The position numbers and the translations under genes were made by a program. Source: an uncultured Clostridia bacterium (lineage in GTDB: Bacteria; Bacillota; Clostridia; Christensenellales; UBA1242). Taken from it: 62,399 nucleotides of DNA. The notes beneath the pieces are model-generated. The model worked only from the letters and a program-made list of their open reading frames with translations. It searched no databases and had not been told where the DNA came from. The stretch covers positions 1 through 62,399 of the forward strand of contig CALWMK010000004.1 of NCBI GenBank assembly GCA_944381825.1. Reading direction: 5' to 3'. Position 1 is the first letter of the stretch, and the number at the start of each line of letters is the position of its first letter. Positions 47,448 to 58,019 of this stretch are shown piece after piece.

Positions 47448-48491
47448 TTAAACTTGATAAAAGTTTTCTTTTTTAATCTGCTTAATGATTGATAAAACAT
47501 CATTTTCTAATAAATTAGGTTTGTTTTCGAAATACCAAATTAGGGTTTGCAAAATGCTTTGTTTAATTGGAATTGGATTATAACCAAAGGCATTTGTTGC
47601 CTTAGAATGTGTAAAATTGCAATTGCTAGTTATTGTGTAAAGAGAATATTTTGTAAAAAGTGGTTTTTGCTTTCGAACCTTATAATATAACTCTGCTAAG
47701 GAAGCAAACATTTTAACAAACCATGTTGCTATCTTTGGAGTTTTTTTATTTCGACCTAAAAAACTATCAATCACTTGAAAAATTTCATCTATTGTTATTT
47801 TTTCCCCGCTTAATATGAAATCCTCATCATCTTTTAATTTTGCAATTTCAATAATGCCTTTTGCAACATCTCTAACATCAACAAAATCATATGCACCATT
47901 GACACGAGCTTTAATTTTTTTATTGGCAATATCCAAAATTAAATGCGAAGTGTTTGAAACTTTTTCATCGTTGGGACCGATTATTCCAGAAGGATATACC
48001 ACACTGACATTTAATCCTTTATCTTTCAAGGAATGTATATAATTTGTTGCCAGCGCCTTGCTTTTTGAATAATCTCCAACAACTTGTTCTGGATTGATTG
48101 GTGATGTTTCATCCATTAATTCTTTATTTTTTTTAGGAACGAAAGCATGAACTGAACTTATATAAATCAGTTTTTTCGCCTTGTTTGTCAAACACGCATC
48201 AGCAACATTTTTTGTTCCTTGAACATTGACATTGTAAAGCATGCTTTTATCATCTGTTGAGATATCAATAATCCCAGCCATATGAATTACAACATCATCT
48301 TCCTTTATATTTTCAAGCATGCATTTGTAATCCAAAACATTGCCACGCACAATCCTCATGTTGGGTCTTAGTTTTAAATGAGATATATCTTCATTTTGCA
48401 AAGCCAAAATAGTAATTTGAGAATCTTCATTCATAAAATTTATTAAATTTGAGCCTAAAAATCCAGATGCTCCTGTTACAAAATAATTCAT
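47448..48491 (-). CDS. NAD-dependent epimerase/dehydratase (extended SDR) family protein
   Basis: VTGASGFLGSNL Rossmann motif and YSKSK catalytic motif. Confidence 0.8.
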   Translation of the reverse strand: MNYFVTGASGFLGSNLINFMNEDSQITILALQNEDISHLKLRPNMRIVRGNVLDYKCMLENIKEDDVVIHMAGIIDISTDDKSMLYNVNVQGTKNVADACLTNKAKKLIYISSVHAFVPKKNKELMDETSPINPEQVVGDYSKSKALATNYIHSLKDKGLNVSVVYPSGIIGPNDEKVSNTSHLILDIANKKIKARVNGAYDFVDVRDVAKGIIEIAKLKDDEDFILSGEKITIDEIFQVIDSFLGRNKKTPKIATWFVKMFASLAELYYKVRKQKPLFTKYSLYTITSNCNFTHSKATNAFGYNPIPIKQSILQTLIWYFENKPNLLENDVLSIIKQIKKENFYQV

Positions 48492-48500
48492 ATTCCCTCC

Positions 48501-50465
48501 TTACCAGCGGCCACCTCCGCCGCCACCGAAACCTCCGCCACTAAAGCCTCCGCCCCCAATATTTCCGCCACCACTAATTCCGTTGCTCGAAGTTGTTTTT
48601 GATGCCACATTGAAATTTATTTGTGTATTTAATATTTGCATATTTCTATCTAATGACCTAATTAAAATATAACTTGTCACAAAGTCAGAATCTGAAGTAT
48701 ACCAATCTGGAACTTCAACTGATATATTTTCAAATTTGTTAATCCAAACATTGCTAACACCTAAAACATAAGCATAAGGCAATATGTCGTAAAAAGCTTT
48801 TGGGTTATCTTTTACAAGAACTTCAAGTCTGTCTTTTTCGGCAAGTTCAATAAATTCTCTAAGCCCAACTAACTGTCCCTGTATCTTTAGTCCTAAATCG
48901 GTTCTGATATTAAACTTATAAATTAAAACTACTGTTAACATAGAGAAGATTATTGCTAGGAATGTCAAAAAGAAAGGGTCGCAATAAAAATTGTAGGTGG
49001 CAAAAGCATAGGCAATTAAAAATAGGGTTGTAATTATTGAAAATAGTGAAATTTTAACTTTTTTCTTTTGATTGTTATAGGTTCCAAATTTATCTTTTAT
49101 TGCAACCAAGCCCAACAACAAGAAAAACCAAACTAATGAAATTGAAAGTCCAATTATTATTCTAAGCATTGAAACATTTTGATAATTAACCTTAAAAGTT
49201 GTCAGAGCTAAAATTATTGCAGACAAAAATGCAAGGGTTGTTCTTGCTGAAATTGCAGATTGTTTAAATGCTTTAGTTTTGTTTTCTTTTTCGATTTGTT
49301 TTTTAAGAGAAGCTACCTCAACAAAAATTTTCTCGCCTAGAGTTTTAACATCAACTTCTTCCTCAGTTTGCCCCTCATGAATATATGCACTTTCAAAAAT
49401 TTTATTAAAAAGCTTAAGTTCAAATTCTTTCATTCCTTGCGGAGAGTCAACTGTCTTGCTTAGATATAAGTCTTTTTTTTGTTCCCTTATCCTTAAAAAA
49501 CCTTTTGATGCCCAGTACACTATTAAAGAAGCCACATCCGTATTATCTACCTTCCCATCTATAAAATATCCAACTTCGGCAGGGTTTATATCTTTTGGCG
49601 GTTCAAAATTGACGACCGGAATTAATATTGCTTTATTATGTGTCTTTTTGTAAGTGAAAATTACAATAAAAGTAAACACTATAATTAAGGCTAGTAAAAT
49701 TCCATCAAAAACAAAATTTCTTGAAACCTCAAAATATTTTTGCGGTAACTTTATTCTTGCTGTTATCCCTTGTCCTGGCATTAAGGTTTGATTTAAACTA
49801 TATGAAAATATAGTTTTATTTGAATTGGTGGCATCTAATTTTACTCCATAATCGCTGCCATATTCGCTAAAATACAAATACATCTCATTGTCAACTGGTT
49901 CAGGAAAGGTAATATTTATGTTTGCACTATTTATTTTTGTATCCCAGTAATTTCCAATTAGATTATAATAAAATTGATCAAAATCTAAAATTCTATCATC
50001 ACCAAGATTAACAATGTAGTTGAGAGTAAATTCTTTTTCACCAGTATAATTTGCACCTCGTTTTCCAAGTTGAACAAAAACAAAATTTGTGCTGTCTTTA
50101 TCTGTATTATATAACAATGGTGATGTTATTGAAGAGTATTTTACTCTATAATTTAAATCAAAGTTTTTATTGTTTTCCTCAAACTTGACATTTGCACTTT
50201 TAGGCAAGGTTCTATAAATCCCATTTGAGGGAACAAAAAAGTTGGCAAGAATTGTTTCAGAGATATAAAAACTATTATCCTTTCTAACTTTAACATCAAT
50301 ATCGTATCTTTCTATCACATACTCTGAAGAATTGTCTTCCAAAGTGACTTCGGTTTTAAAAATAAAGGAAAAAAAACCAGGAAAAAAACAAATTATTAGC
50401 ATAATTACAGAAAACACTATGCTAACAACTTTGCTTAAATATGTTTTAAAAATACTTTTTCCCAT
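48501..50465 (-). CDS. DUF2207-family membrane protein with a Gly-rich C-terminal tail
   Basis: Architecture plus the GGGGFSGGGFGGGGGGRW tail; coupled to lemA by a 1-nt overlap. Confidence 0.75.
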   Translation of the reverse strand: MGKSIFKTYLSKVVSIVFSVIMLIICFFPGFFSFIFKTEVTLEDNSSEYVIERYDIDVKVRKDNSFYISETILANFFVPSNGIYRTLPKSANVKFEENNKNFDLNYRVKYSSITSPLLYNTDKDSTNFVFVQLGKRGANYTGEKEFTLNYIVNLGDDRILDFDQFYYNLIGNYWDTKINSANINITFPEPVDNEMYLYFSEYGSDYGVKLDATNSNKTIFSYSLNQTLMPGQGITARIKLPQKYFEVSRNFVFDGILLALIIVFTFIVIFTYKKTHNKAILIPVVNFEPPKDINPAEVGYFIDGKVDNTDVASLIVYWASKGFLRIREQKKDLYLSKTVDSPQGMKEFELKLFNKIFESAYIHEGQTEEEVDVKTLGEKIFVEVASLKKQIEKENKTKAFKQSAISARTTLAFLSAIILALTTFKVNYQNVSMLRIIIGLSISLVWFFLLLGLVAIKDKFGTYNNQKKKVKISLFSIITTLFLIAYAFATYNFYCDPFFLTFLAIIFSMLTVVLIYKFNIRTDLGLKIQGQLVGLREFIELAEKDRLEVLVKDNPKAFYDILPYAYVLGVSNVWINKFENISVEVPDWYTSDSDFVTSYILIRSLDRNMQILNTQINFNVASKTTSSNGISGGGNIGGGGFSGGGFGGGGGGRW

Positions 50466-51046
50466 TAAAATTGAACCTTAACGCCTTCTCTTTCTTGCTC
50501 ATTGGTTATTTCATAAAGAGGTTTCTTTTCAAACTTATACATATTCGCAATAATATTAGAAGGGAAGACCTCCCTTTTTACATTATAAACTTTAACAGTT
50601 CCATTGTAATATTTTCTTGAATTGGCAATTTCCGCTTCAATTGATTTGAGCGAATTTTGAAGTTCAATAAAATTTTGATTTGCCTTTAGTTCTGGATATT
50701 TTTCAACAACAACATTGAAAAGCGTTTTAAGTGCACTTGACAAACTTTTTTCATTTTTAATTTGTTCTTCTTGTGAAGCTGAGTTTAATGCCAAGTTTCT
50801 TGCAGAAATAACTTTTTCTAAAGTTTCACTTTCATGTTTTGCGTAGCCTTTTACTGTTTCTACAAGATTTGGAATCAAATCATATCTTTTTTTCATATAA
50901 ACATCCATTGTTGAAAAGGCTTCATCGACATTATTTCTCATTCTTATGAAGTTATTGTAGACAGAGATAACCCAAGCAATGATTCCTATTGCAATTATAA
51001 CAACTAAAGCCACAATTCCAATAATTAAGTATCCCCACCATTCCAT
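50465..51046 (-). CDS. lemA: LemA family protein
   Basis: N-terminal transmembrane segment; YNNFIRMRNNVDEAFS...RKYYNGTV pattern. Confidence 0.85.
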   Translation of the reverse strand: MEWWGYLIIGIVALVVIIAIGIIAWVISVYNNFIRMRNNVDEAFSTMDVYMKKRYDLIPNLVETVKGYAKHESETLEKVISARNLALNSASQEEQIKNEKSLSSALKTLFNVVVEKYPELKANQNFIELQNSLKSIEAEIANSRKYYNGTVKVYNVKREVFPSNIIANMYKFEKKPLYEITNEQEREGVKVQF

Positions 51047-51223
51047 AATTTCTTCTCCTTATTTATATTTGTTAAAAAATTTAGCAAGTTTAATTTTAAT
51101 ATATGATAACATACCAGAATTATTTCAAGCAAGTTTTTGAATTGTTGTAATAATATTCTTTATTGATTTTTTTTAAATATAATTAAAAGTTAAAACAAAA
51201 ACAATTTGCAGTGAATTTAACAA

Positions 51224-51781
51224 CTAAATTTTATTATGTTTTTTTATTAAAGCCTCAATTTTTTTCACAGTTTTATCAAGATTTATATTGTTAATAACAT
51301 AATCATAATTTGAAATATACGACATTTCAAACTCCATTCTTGAAAGTCTAAGGTCTATATCTGCCTCTCCTCTATGTTTGAGTCTTTTTACCAATTCATC
51401 TCTTGGCGCAGTTAAAAAGATGGACAAAACCTTTTCCTTCCCCTCCAAATATCTTGATATGTTTATTTTGCCCAAAACACCAAAGTCCTTAAAGAAAATT
51501 TTGTCGCTTCCGACAATAGAATCTACCGTTTGTTTGAGCATGCCATAAAAATTTTTATGAATTTCCTCATACTCAACAAACGCATCTTCTTTTATTTTTT
51601 GATCAAATTGCTCTTTTGAAACAAAAATATATGGGCATTTTTCTCCTAAATCGCGTTCACTTTCCCTTATTTTTCTTGTGGTACAAGTTTTTAAAAACTG
51701 AGAATTTGGAATTTTTTTAAGCAACTGTTCAATGACTGTTCCTTTGCCAACTCCTGAACATCCTGAAATTATGACAAGCAT
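51224..51781 (-). CDS. gmk: Guanylate kinase
   Basis: P-loop SGCSGVGKGT and TTRKIRESE motif. Confidence 0.8.
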   Translation of the reverse strand: MLVIISGCSGVGKGTVIEQLLKKIPNSQFLKTCTTRKIRESERDLGEKCPYIFVSKEQFDQKIKEDAFVEYEEIHKNFYGMLKQTVDSIVGSDKIFFKDFGVLGKINISRYLEGKEKVLSIFLTAPRDELVKRLKHRGEADIDLRLSRMEFEMSYISNYDYVINNINLDKTVKKIEALIKKHNKI

Positions 51782-51878
51782 GATTTCTCCTTTTTCAAAT
51801 TTTGATTATCGCAAAAATATTTTATGTATTGTTTTTTATAACATTTTAAACTATAATTCAAATATTTTCAACAATATT

Positions 51879-52733
51879 TTAATTAAACAACTCTATTGTC
51901 ATGTCTTGATTTGAAATTTTTAGTGCGCATGAAAAAGATTTTGTTTTTATTGCCTTTTCAACTAAATTGGCATATTTTTTACACAACTTTATTTCCTCAT
52001 TTGTTGGAGAGGTGCCTCTTTGAAGGTAGCCAACACATGCGCTTTTAAAGGTTATATTATATCTTTCTTCCAGCTTTTTCGCCACATCCTCTTTATTAAA
52101 AAGGTTTTCTTGAAGCACAACTATATTAGACTTATTTATTTTTTTTATTTCAAGTTTGTCTTTTGGGTTGGATATCACAAGTTCTGCTTTTAAAAGTTCT
52201 CCACATTTGTTGCAAATTGAAGGATTGTTTCTTCCCATAACTTCAAAGACACAACTGCGATCAAAAGCCTTCATGCTTGGCATTACATTTTTTATATAGT
52301 TGGCGCAAGCATACACTGCTGTGTCAAAACCAATGCAATTTGTTTGATAGGGCATATCATTGTCTATTGTGGCTGGAACAAAAATGACTTTAACACCATG
52401 TTTTACTAATTTTTGACCGCCTTTAAAAGACCCATCTCCTCCCAAAATTATGACAATATCAATGTGATTTTGTTTTAAGTTTTTCAAAGCAGTTTTGAAT
52501 CCATCATCTGTTTTAAACTCGTCACATCTTGATGTTTTAAACAAAACTCCAGCTTTTTTCCTCTCATCTTTTAACTTTTTTATGTCAACTTTAATTATTT
52601 GATTTTCAATCAAACCCTTAAAGCCATAGAGCGAGGCAAAAAGTTTATGTTTTTTAAGATGCCTACAAATTTCATACAAACAACTATTCATGCCAGGAGC
52701 GTCACCTCCGCTTGCCAACAAAACTATGTTCAT
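51879..52733 (-). CDS. pfkA: ATP-dependent 6-phosphofructokinase, short and divergent form
   Basis: SGGDAPGMN, GGDGS, TIDND, MGR and GYLQRG motifs; 284 aa; 4-nt overlap with dnaE. Confidence 0.75.
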   Translation of the reverse strand: MNIVLLASGGDAPGMNSCLYEICRHLKKHKLFASLYGFKGLIENQIIKVDIKKLKDERKKAGVLFKTSRCDEFKTDDGFKTALKNLKQNHIDIVIILGGDGSFKGGQKLVKHGVKVIFVPATIDNDMPYQTNCIGFDTAVYACANYIKNVMPSMKAFDRSCVFEVMGRNNPSICNKCGELLKAELVISNPKDKLEIKKINKSNIVVLQENLFNKEDVAKKLEERYNITFKSACVGYLQRGTSPTNEEIKLCKKYANLVEKAIKTKSFSCALKISNQDMTIELFN

Positions 52734-55700
52734 AAACCCTCCTTCACTATCAGGTTTTCCTCTCCCAACAACCCTATGAGATCATTTATTAAATTTGTAT
52801 TAATTTTTGTTGTTTTTGAACATTTGAAGCTTTTTTTTGTAGTTTTAGATTTAAAAAACAATTCATCTTCACCTACATATTCTCCAGTCAAAGATAATAC
52901 CTCTTTTTTTAACATTTCATTATCAGTATCAAAAATCACACAAATCGCACCATGAGCTTTTGTTTCTTTAGGAGCTTCATCTTCTTTTTCCCAAAACTTT
53001 ATGTTTTCAGCAATGAGTGTGACACCATCGTCTTTTATTGAAAATCTTCCATTAATGGAAACCATTTTATCTTCTTCAAGAAAATTTTTATATCTTGTAT
53101 AAACATTAGGGAAAAGCATAATTTCCATTACACCCATTAAGTCTTCAATCTTTAAAAAAGCCATTTCTCTATTGCTTTTTGTGGTTTTTCTAGTAATTTC
53201 AGTAATAATTCCTCCACAAGTAAAAGAACTCCCGTCCTCAAATCCAAAACTTTCCTCTTGATTTATACCGTCCTCTTCCAGCATTTCATCATCACTTTTA
53301 AATAGCATATCAGAAGTGAGGGTAAACCCACTAAATCTATCCATATAATCGTCAAGTGGATGACCAGAAATATAAATTCCAACCACCTCTTTTTCATGTT
53401 TTAATTTTGTGGCTTTGTTAAATTCCTTAATATTTGGATAGTCTAAATCATCATATTTTTTCATTGAAGTGTCAACATCAAATAGTGAAAATTGACCGGT
53501 CGCTTTGCTCTTACGGTCACGCATGGTGCGTTCAACCGCCAAGTCGAAAACATTCATTAACTGACTTCTGTATTTCCCAAAACAATCAAAAGCACCACTT
53601 AAAATCAAACTTTCCAAACAACGCTTGTTAAGGGCAAGTGCGTCAACCCTTGAAACAAAGTCCATAAAATCTAAGAATTTGCCATTCTTTTCGCGTTCAT
53701 TAATAATTGAATCAATTACACCAACCCCCACATTTTTTAGTCCACCAAGACCAAAACGAATTTTGCCGTCTTCAACTTTAAAGACCGAATAGGAATGGTT
53801 TATGTCGGGTGGCAAAACCTCAATGTTTTCTTTTTTTGCATATAAAACATATTTTTTAATTTCATCAAGATTGGTTATTCTATTATTTATTACCGCGGTT
53901 ATGAATTCTACCTCATGATAGCATTTTAAATATGCTGTTTGATAGGTTAAGTAAGCATAGGCGGCGGCATGTGATTTGTTAAAGGCATAACTTGCAAAGC
54001 TTTCCATCTCACCAAAAACCTTTTCAGCAACCTCTTGTGAAATTCCAAGTTTAATTGCTCCTGGTATGCCTGATTCTGAATCTCCAAAAATAAATTTTTG
54101 TCTTTCTATTGGCATGAGCTCTTTTTTCTTTTTGCTCATAATTCTTCTAACATTGTCTGCCTGGGCAAATGTGTAACCACCCATAACCTGAAATATTTGC
54201 ATAACTTGTTCTTGGTAAACAATACATCCATAAGTCACATTTAAAATTGGTTCTAAGCTTGGGTGCTCGTAAATAATATTGCTTGGGTTTCGTTTACCAT
54301 CAATATATCTAGGAATAGAATCCATCGGTCCTGGACGATATAGCGCCACACCGGCTATGATATCTTCTAGGCAGTCCGGTTTTAAGTCCTTCATGAACTT
54401 TTGCATTCCGCCACCTTCAAGCTGGAATATTGCCTCGGTGCTACCTGTACTTATAAGATTGTATACATTAGGGTCGTCGTATTCCATGTTATAAAAGTCT
54501 ATTTCAATTCCCTTGTTCTTTTTTACATTTTTTACTGCATCGTCAATATCTGTAAGAGTTTTAAGTTTTAAAAAGTCCATTTTTAATAGACCCAAATGTT
54601 CAAGTTCAATCATGTTATATTGGGTTGTAACATCATCGCCATTTTTTGCAAGAGGAACAAAATCGTCAACCGGTCTTGGTGCAATAAGCACACCTGCCGC
54701 GTGAACCGATGTGTTTCTTGGTGTTCCTTCAAGTTTTATTGCAAGGTCTACCACTCTTTTTACAAAATCGTCTTCATCATACGCCCTTCTCAAATCTGGA
54801 ATGATAAACTTGTCATTTTCCGCCTTTCCCGTTGTGCCAAAGTAATACTTTAAAACTGGAGGTTTTTTAATGCCGTCTGGAAGTTTAAGTGGGATTTGCT
54901 TTGTCAATTTATCTACTTGTGCAAGTGGCATACGCATAACTCTTGCAACATCTCTGAGAGCATTTTTCGCTGCCATAGTTCCAAAAGTGATTATCATTGC
55001 AACATGGTCTTCACCATATTTTTTTTTGACATACTCAACAACTTCTGGAGCTCTAACTGGGCAAAAATCAATATCAAAATCAGGCATGGAAATTCTTTCC
55101 TTGTTAATAAATCTTTCAAACAACAAGGAATATTTCATTGGGTCAACCATGGTTATACCAATGGCATAGGCAACAATACTTCCAGCTCCAGATCCCCTTC
55201 CCGGACCAACTGGAATGCCTTGACTTTTGGCAAAGTTAACATAGTCCCAAACAACTAAAAAATATTCAACAAAGCCTTGTTCATAAATAATTTGAAGTTC
55301 CATTTCGGCTCTGTCTTTTATTGTTTGGTCATAATCACCATAAATTTGTTTTAGACCATCAAAGGTCAATTTTCTTAAAAACTCATATGTTGTCATTCCT
55401 TCCACACTATAAAGTGGGATAAAATTTTCATTTGCTGCAAGCACATACTTTTTGTCAACACCTTTTATGTCACCATGAGATTTACTTTTTATTACCAAAT
55501 CGCATTTTTTTGCAATTTCCAAAGTTGTGGCAAGAGCATTTTCATAGCCATTTAGCGCCTGCTTCATTTCTTCATAATTTTTTAAATAAAATTCTTGTGT
55601 TTCAAACTTCATCCTGTCGGGGTCGTCAATCTGCTTGTTCATCTGAACACAAAGAAGCACATCTTGAGCCTCGGCATCTTCTTTTCTTAGATAGTGAACA

Positions 55701-56305
55701 TCATTTGTTGCAACAAGTTTGATTCCCGTTTTTTTTGATAATTTTTCTAGATGCTCCAAAACTTCAATTTGTTCTGCAAGACCATGATTTTGAATTTCTA
55801 AATAAAAGTCATCGCCAAACATATCTCGCATTTTTAAAGCCAATTCTTCTGCTTCATCAAAGCGTCTTTGAAGCAAAAGTTGAGGAATGTGACCTGCAAG
55901 ACAAGCGCTAAGACAAATAAGCCCTTCACAATGTTCTTTTAAAACATCGTAATCTATTCTTGGTTTATAATAAAATCCTCTTAAAAAGGCAATGGAATTT
56001 AGTTTTAAAAGATTTTTATAGCCAACTTCATTTTTTGCAAGCAAAATTAAATGACCAATATCTGCCTTGCCTTCTTTTTTGTTTAAATTGTGACAAATAT
56101 AAAACTCACATCCTATGATGGGCTTGATTTCATATTTTAAACAAGTTTCAAAAAAATTAATTGCACCATACATGTTGCCATGGTCGGTTAGTGCAACTGC
56201 CGGACAACCTCTTTCTTTACAAGTTGCAACAAGTTCTTCAATCTTTGTTGCACCATCTAAAAGACTATACTCAGTATGTACATGCAGGTGAACAAAATTT
56301 TCCAT
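52730..56305 (-). CDS. dnaE: DNA polymerase III alpha subunit
   Basis: PHP N-terminus HLHVHTEYSLLDG; full-length DnaE pattern over 1191 aa. Confidence 0.95.
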   Translation of the reverse strand: MENFVHLHVHTEYSLLDGATKIEELVATCKERGCPAVALTDHGNMYGAINFFETCLKYEIKPIIGCEFYICHNLNKKEGKADIGHLILLAKNEVGYKNLLKLNSIAFLRGFYYKPRIDYDVLKEHCEGLICLSACLAGHIPQLLLQRRFDEAEELALKMRDMFGDDFYLEIQNHGLAEQIEVLEHLEKLSKKTGIKLVATNDVHYLRKEDAEAQDVLLCVQMNKQIDDPDRMKFETQEFYLKNYEEMKQALNGYENALATTLEIAKKCDLVIKSKSHGDIKGVDKKYVLAANENFIPLYSVEGMTTYEFLRKLTFDGLKQIYGDYDQTIKDRAEMELQIIYEQGFVEYFLVVWDYVNFAKSQGIPVGPGRGSGAGSIVAYAIGITMVDPMKYSLLFERFINKERISMPDFDIDFCPVRAPEVVEYVKKKYGEDHVAMIITFGTMAAKNALRDVARVMRMPLAQVDKLTKQIPLKLPDGIKKPPVLKYYFGTTGKAENDKFIIPDLRRAYDEDDFVKRVVDLAIKLEGTPRNTSVHAAGVLIAPRPVDDFVPLAKNGDDVTTQYNMIELEHLGLLKMDFLKLKTLTDIDDAVKNVKKNKGIEIDFYNMEYDDPNVYNLISTGSTEAIFQLEGGGMQKFMKDLKPDCLEDIIAGVALYRPGPMDSIPRYIDGKRNPSNIIYEHPSLEPILNVTYGCIVYQEQVMQIFQVMGGYTFAQADNVRRIMSKKKKELMPIERQKFIFGDSESGIPGAIKLGISQEVAEKVFGEMESFASYAFNKSHAAAYAYLTYQTAYLKCYHEVEFITAVINNRITNLDEIKKYVLYAKKENIEVLPPDINHSYSVFKVEDGKIRFGLGGLKNVGVGVIDSIINEREKNGKFLDFMDFVSRVDALALNKRCLESLILSGAFDCFGKYRSQLMNVFDLAVERTMRDRKSKATGQFSLFDVDTSMKKYDDLDYPNIKEFNKATKLKHEKEVVGIYISGHPLDDYMDRFSGFTLTSDMLFKSDDEMLEEDGINQEESFGFEDGSSFTCGGIITEITRKTTKSNREMAFLKIEDLMGVMEIMLFPNVYTRYKNFLEEDKMVSINGRFSIKDDGVTLIAENIKFWEKEDEAPKETKAHGAICVIFDTDNEMLKKEVLSLTGEYVGEDELFFKSKTTKKSFKCSKTTKINTNLINDLIGLLGEENLIVKEGL

Positions 56306-56313
56306 TTTTCCTC

Positions 56314-57273
56314 CTAATCTTTAAGTTCGTTAGCTATGCTAATCAGTTTTCTAAAGCGATGATTTAATCCACTCTTTGTTAGATTTGGGTTAAGTTTTGC
56401 CAATTCACTAAGGCTTTCTTCGGTATTCGCCAACCTTAAAAGCACCACATCTTGAAGCTCTTGGGAAAGCGAATCGATTCCAATTGTGGAATCTATTATG
56501 TCAATAGCCTCGAGTTGTTTCATATTTGCACTAACCGTTTTTGAAATATTAGCACTCAAACAGTTGGTCTGTCTGTTAACTGCATTTCTCATCTCTCTTG
56601 CTACTATCTCGTTTTGAAGAGCCAAAACACTATTATATGCTTGAACAAAAGTGAGAAGATCGCAAATTAACTGAGCTTCTTTTAAGTATAGCACAAACTG
56701 TTTTTTTCTCTCAACAAGTTTCGCCAAAATTCCCTTACTTGCCAAAACCTTTGATAAAGAATTTAAAAAGTCATAATCGTGTGAGGTAAACTCCATATGA
56801 TACCCACTTGTAGATTTTTCATAAGCCCTTTCACTCAATCGAATAGATGATGTGGCAAGCATCAAAAATGTGGCTTTTACAAAGTTCCTTTCACAACATT
56901 CTTCTTTTAAAAACTCCTCAAAATCATCTCTTTTTCTTATTTTAAAATCTATTGGCGAAATTAAAAAGCAATCTAAAAGTACTCTTTTTGAAATCAAATT
57001 CGGAAAGGTGACAATATAGCTTTCTTGCTTATTAAGTAGGGGTGAATCATCTTTATTAATAATTAAACTAGTTCCATAGTGTTTTTTCACTAGGTTATCA
57101 ACAAAATTATAAACTTCTTTATTGTCGCAAATAAATGAAACTTCAAACTCATTTTCTTTTTCAAATATAGTGGCACTAGAATACAAAATCCCCGCAATGA
57201 AAGCAATTGCGCAACAATCATTTTCTATGGGAGATGAAATAATTTCATTTTTAATTTCTTTTATAAAACTCAT
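56314..57273 (-). CDS. whiA: DNA-binding protein WhiA
   Basis: N-terminal K.E....IENDCCAIAFIAG motif and C-terminal HTH; typical size. Confidence 0.85.
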   Translation of the reverse strand: MSFIKEIKNEIISSPIENDCCAIAFIAGILYSSATIFEKENEFEVSFICDNKEVYNFVDNLVKKHYGTSLIINKDDSPLLNKQESYIVTFPNLISKRVLLDCFLISPIDFKIRKRDDFEEFLKEECCERNFVKATFLMLATSSIRLSERAYEKSTSGYHMEFTSHDYDFLNSLSKVLASKGILAKLVERKKQFVLYLKEAQLICDLLTFVQAYNSVLALQNEIVAREMRNAVNRQTNCLSANISKTVSANMKQLEAIDIIDSTIGIDSLSQELQDVVLLRLANTEESLSELAKLNPNLTKSGLNHRFRKLISIANELKD

Positions 57274-58016
57274 CTTTTCCTCTTAAGCATTAAAAGCTTG
57301 TCCACATTGCCAATAAGATTAATATCAATATTGTTTTTTAAAATCAAATTCATTGCTCTGTTACACTCGCCAACATTTTCACTTCTATGGGCATCAGAAT
57401 TGACCACAAAAGCAACTCCTTCTTTTGCCATTTGAACAAAAACATCTTCTGAAAAATTTATTCTTTTCCCATTTAGTTCAACATATGTTCCTGCCATTTT
57501 TGCATGCCTTGCAATTTGCAAAAAGTCCACACGCATTCCATAGCCCATGTGAGTTAAAATATCAATTGGATATTTGTCTATTGCCCGCATTATAGCCTCG
57601 GTATTTTTTTGAATTTGAGCCTTGCTATCTTTAATAATTGGAGTTATATTTCCAAGCATCAAGGAAAAAAAATCACCCATAGTTTTTGGTTTTGCACTAT
57701 AATGATACCCCATTAAAATTATGTCAAAAAGTTTAATTTGTTCCTTTGTCAAATCAATACTTCCATCCATCGAAATAAGATTTGCTTCAACCCCTAGCAA
57801 AATATTTATCCCCGTTTTTTGCTTTGCAACCTCTATTTCTTCCCTCATTTTTTCAACATCTTTATATTTTATGCCACAAGCAAGATGAGCAAAGCCGTGG
57901 TCTGTTATTGCAATTTCTTTTAGACCTTTTTGTTTTGCCATCATTGCATTTTCCAATATGGTGCCCGTTCCATGACTATAAGGGGTATGGGTGTGATAAT
58001 CTCCATATAAAATCAT
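57270..58016 (-). CDS. PHP-domain phosphoesterase
   Basis: GDYHTHTPYSHG...ITDHG metal motifs. Confidence 0.75.
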   Translation of the reverse strand: MILYGDYHTHTPYSHGTGTILENAMMAKQKGLKEIAITDHGFAHLACGIKYKDVEKMREEIEVAKQKTGINILLGVEANLISMDGSIDLTKEQIKLFDIILMGYHYSAKPKTMGDFFSLMLGNITPIIKDSKAQIQKNTEAIMRAIDKYPIDILTHMGYGMRVDFLQIARHAKMAGTYVELNGKRINFSEDVFVQMAKEGVAFVVNSDAHRSENVGECNRAMNLILKNNIDINLIGNVDKLLMLKRKR

Positions 58017-58019
58017 AGG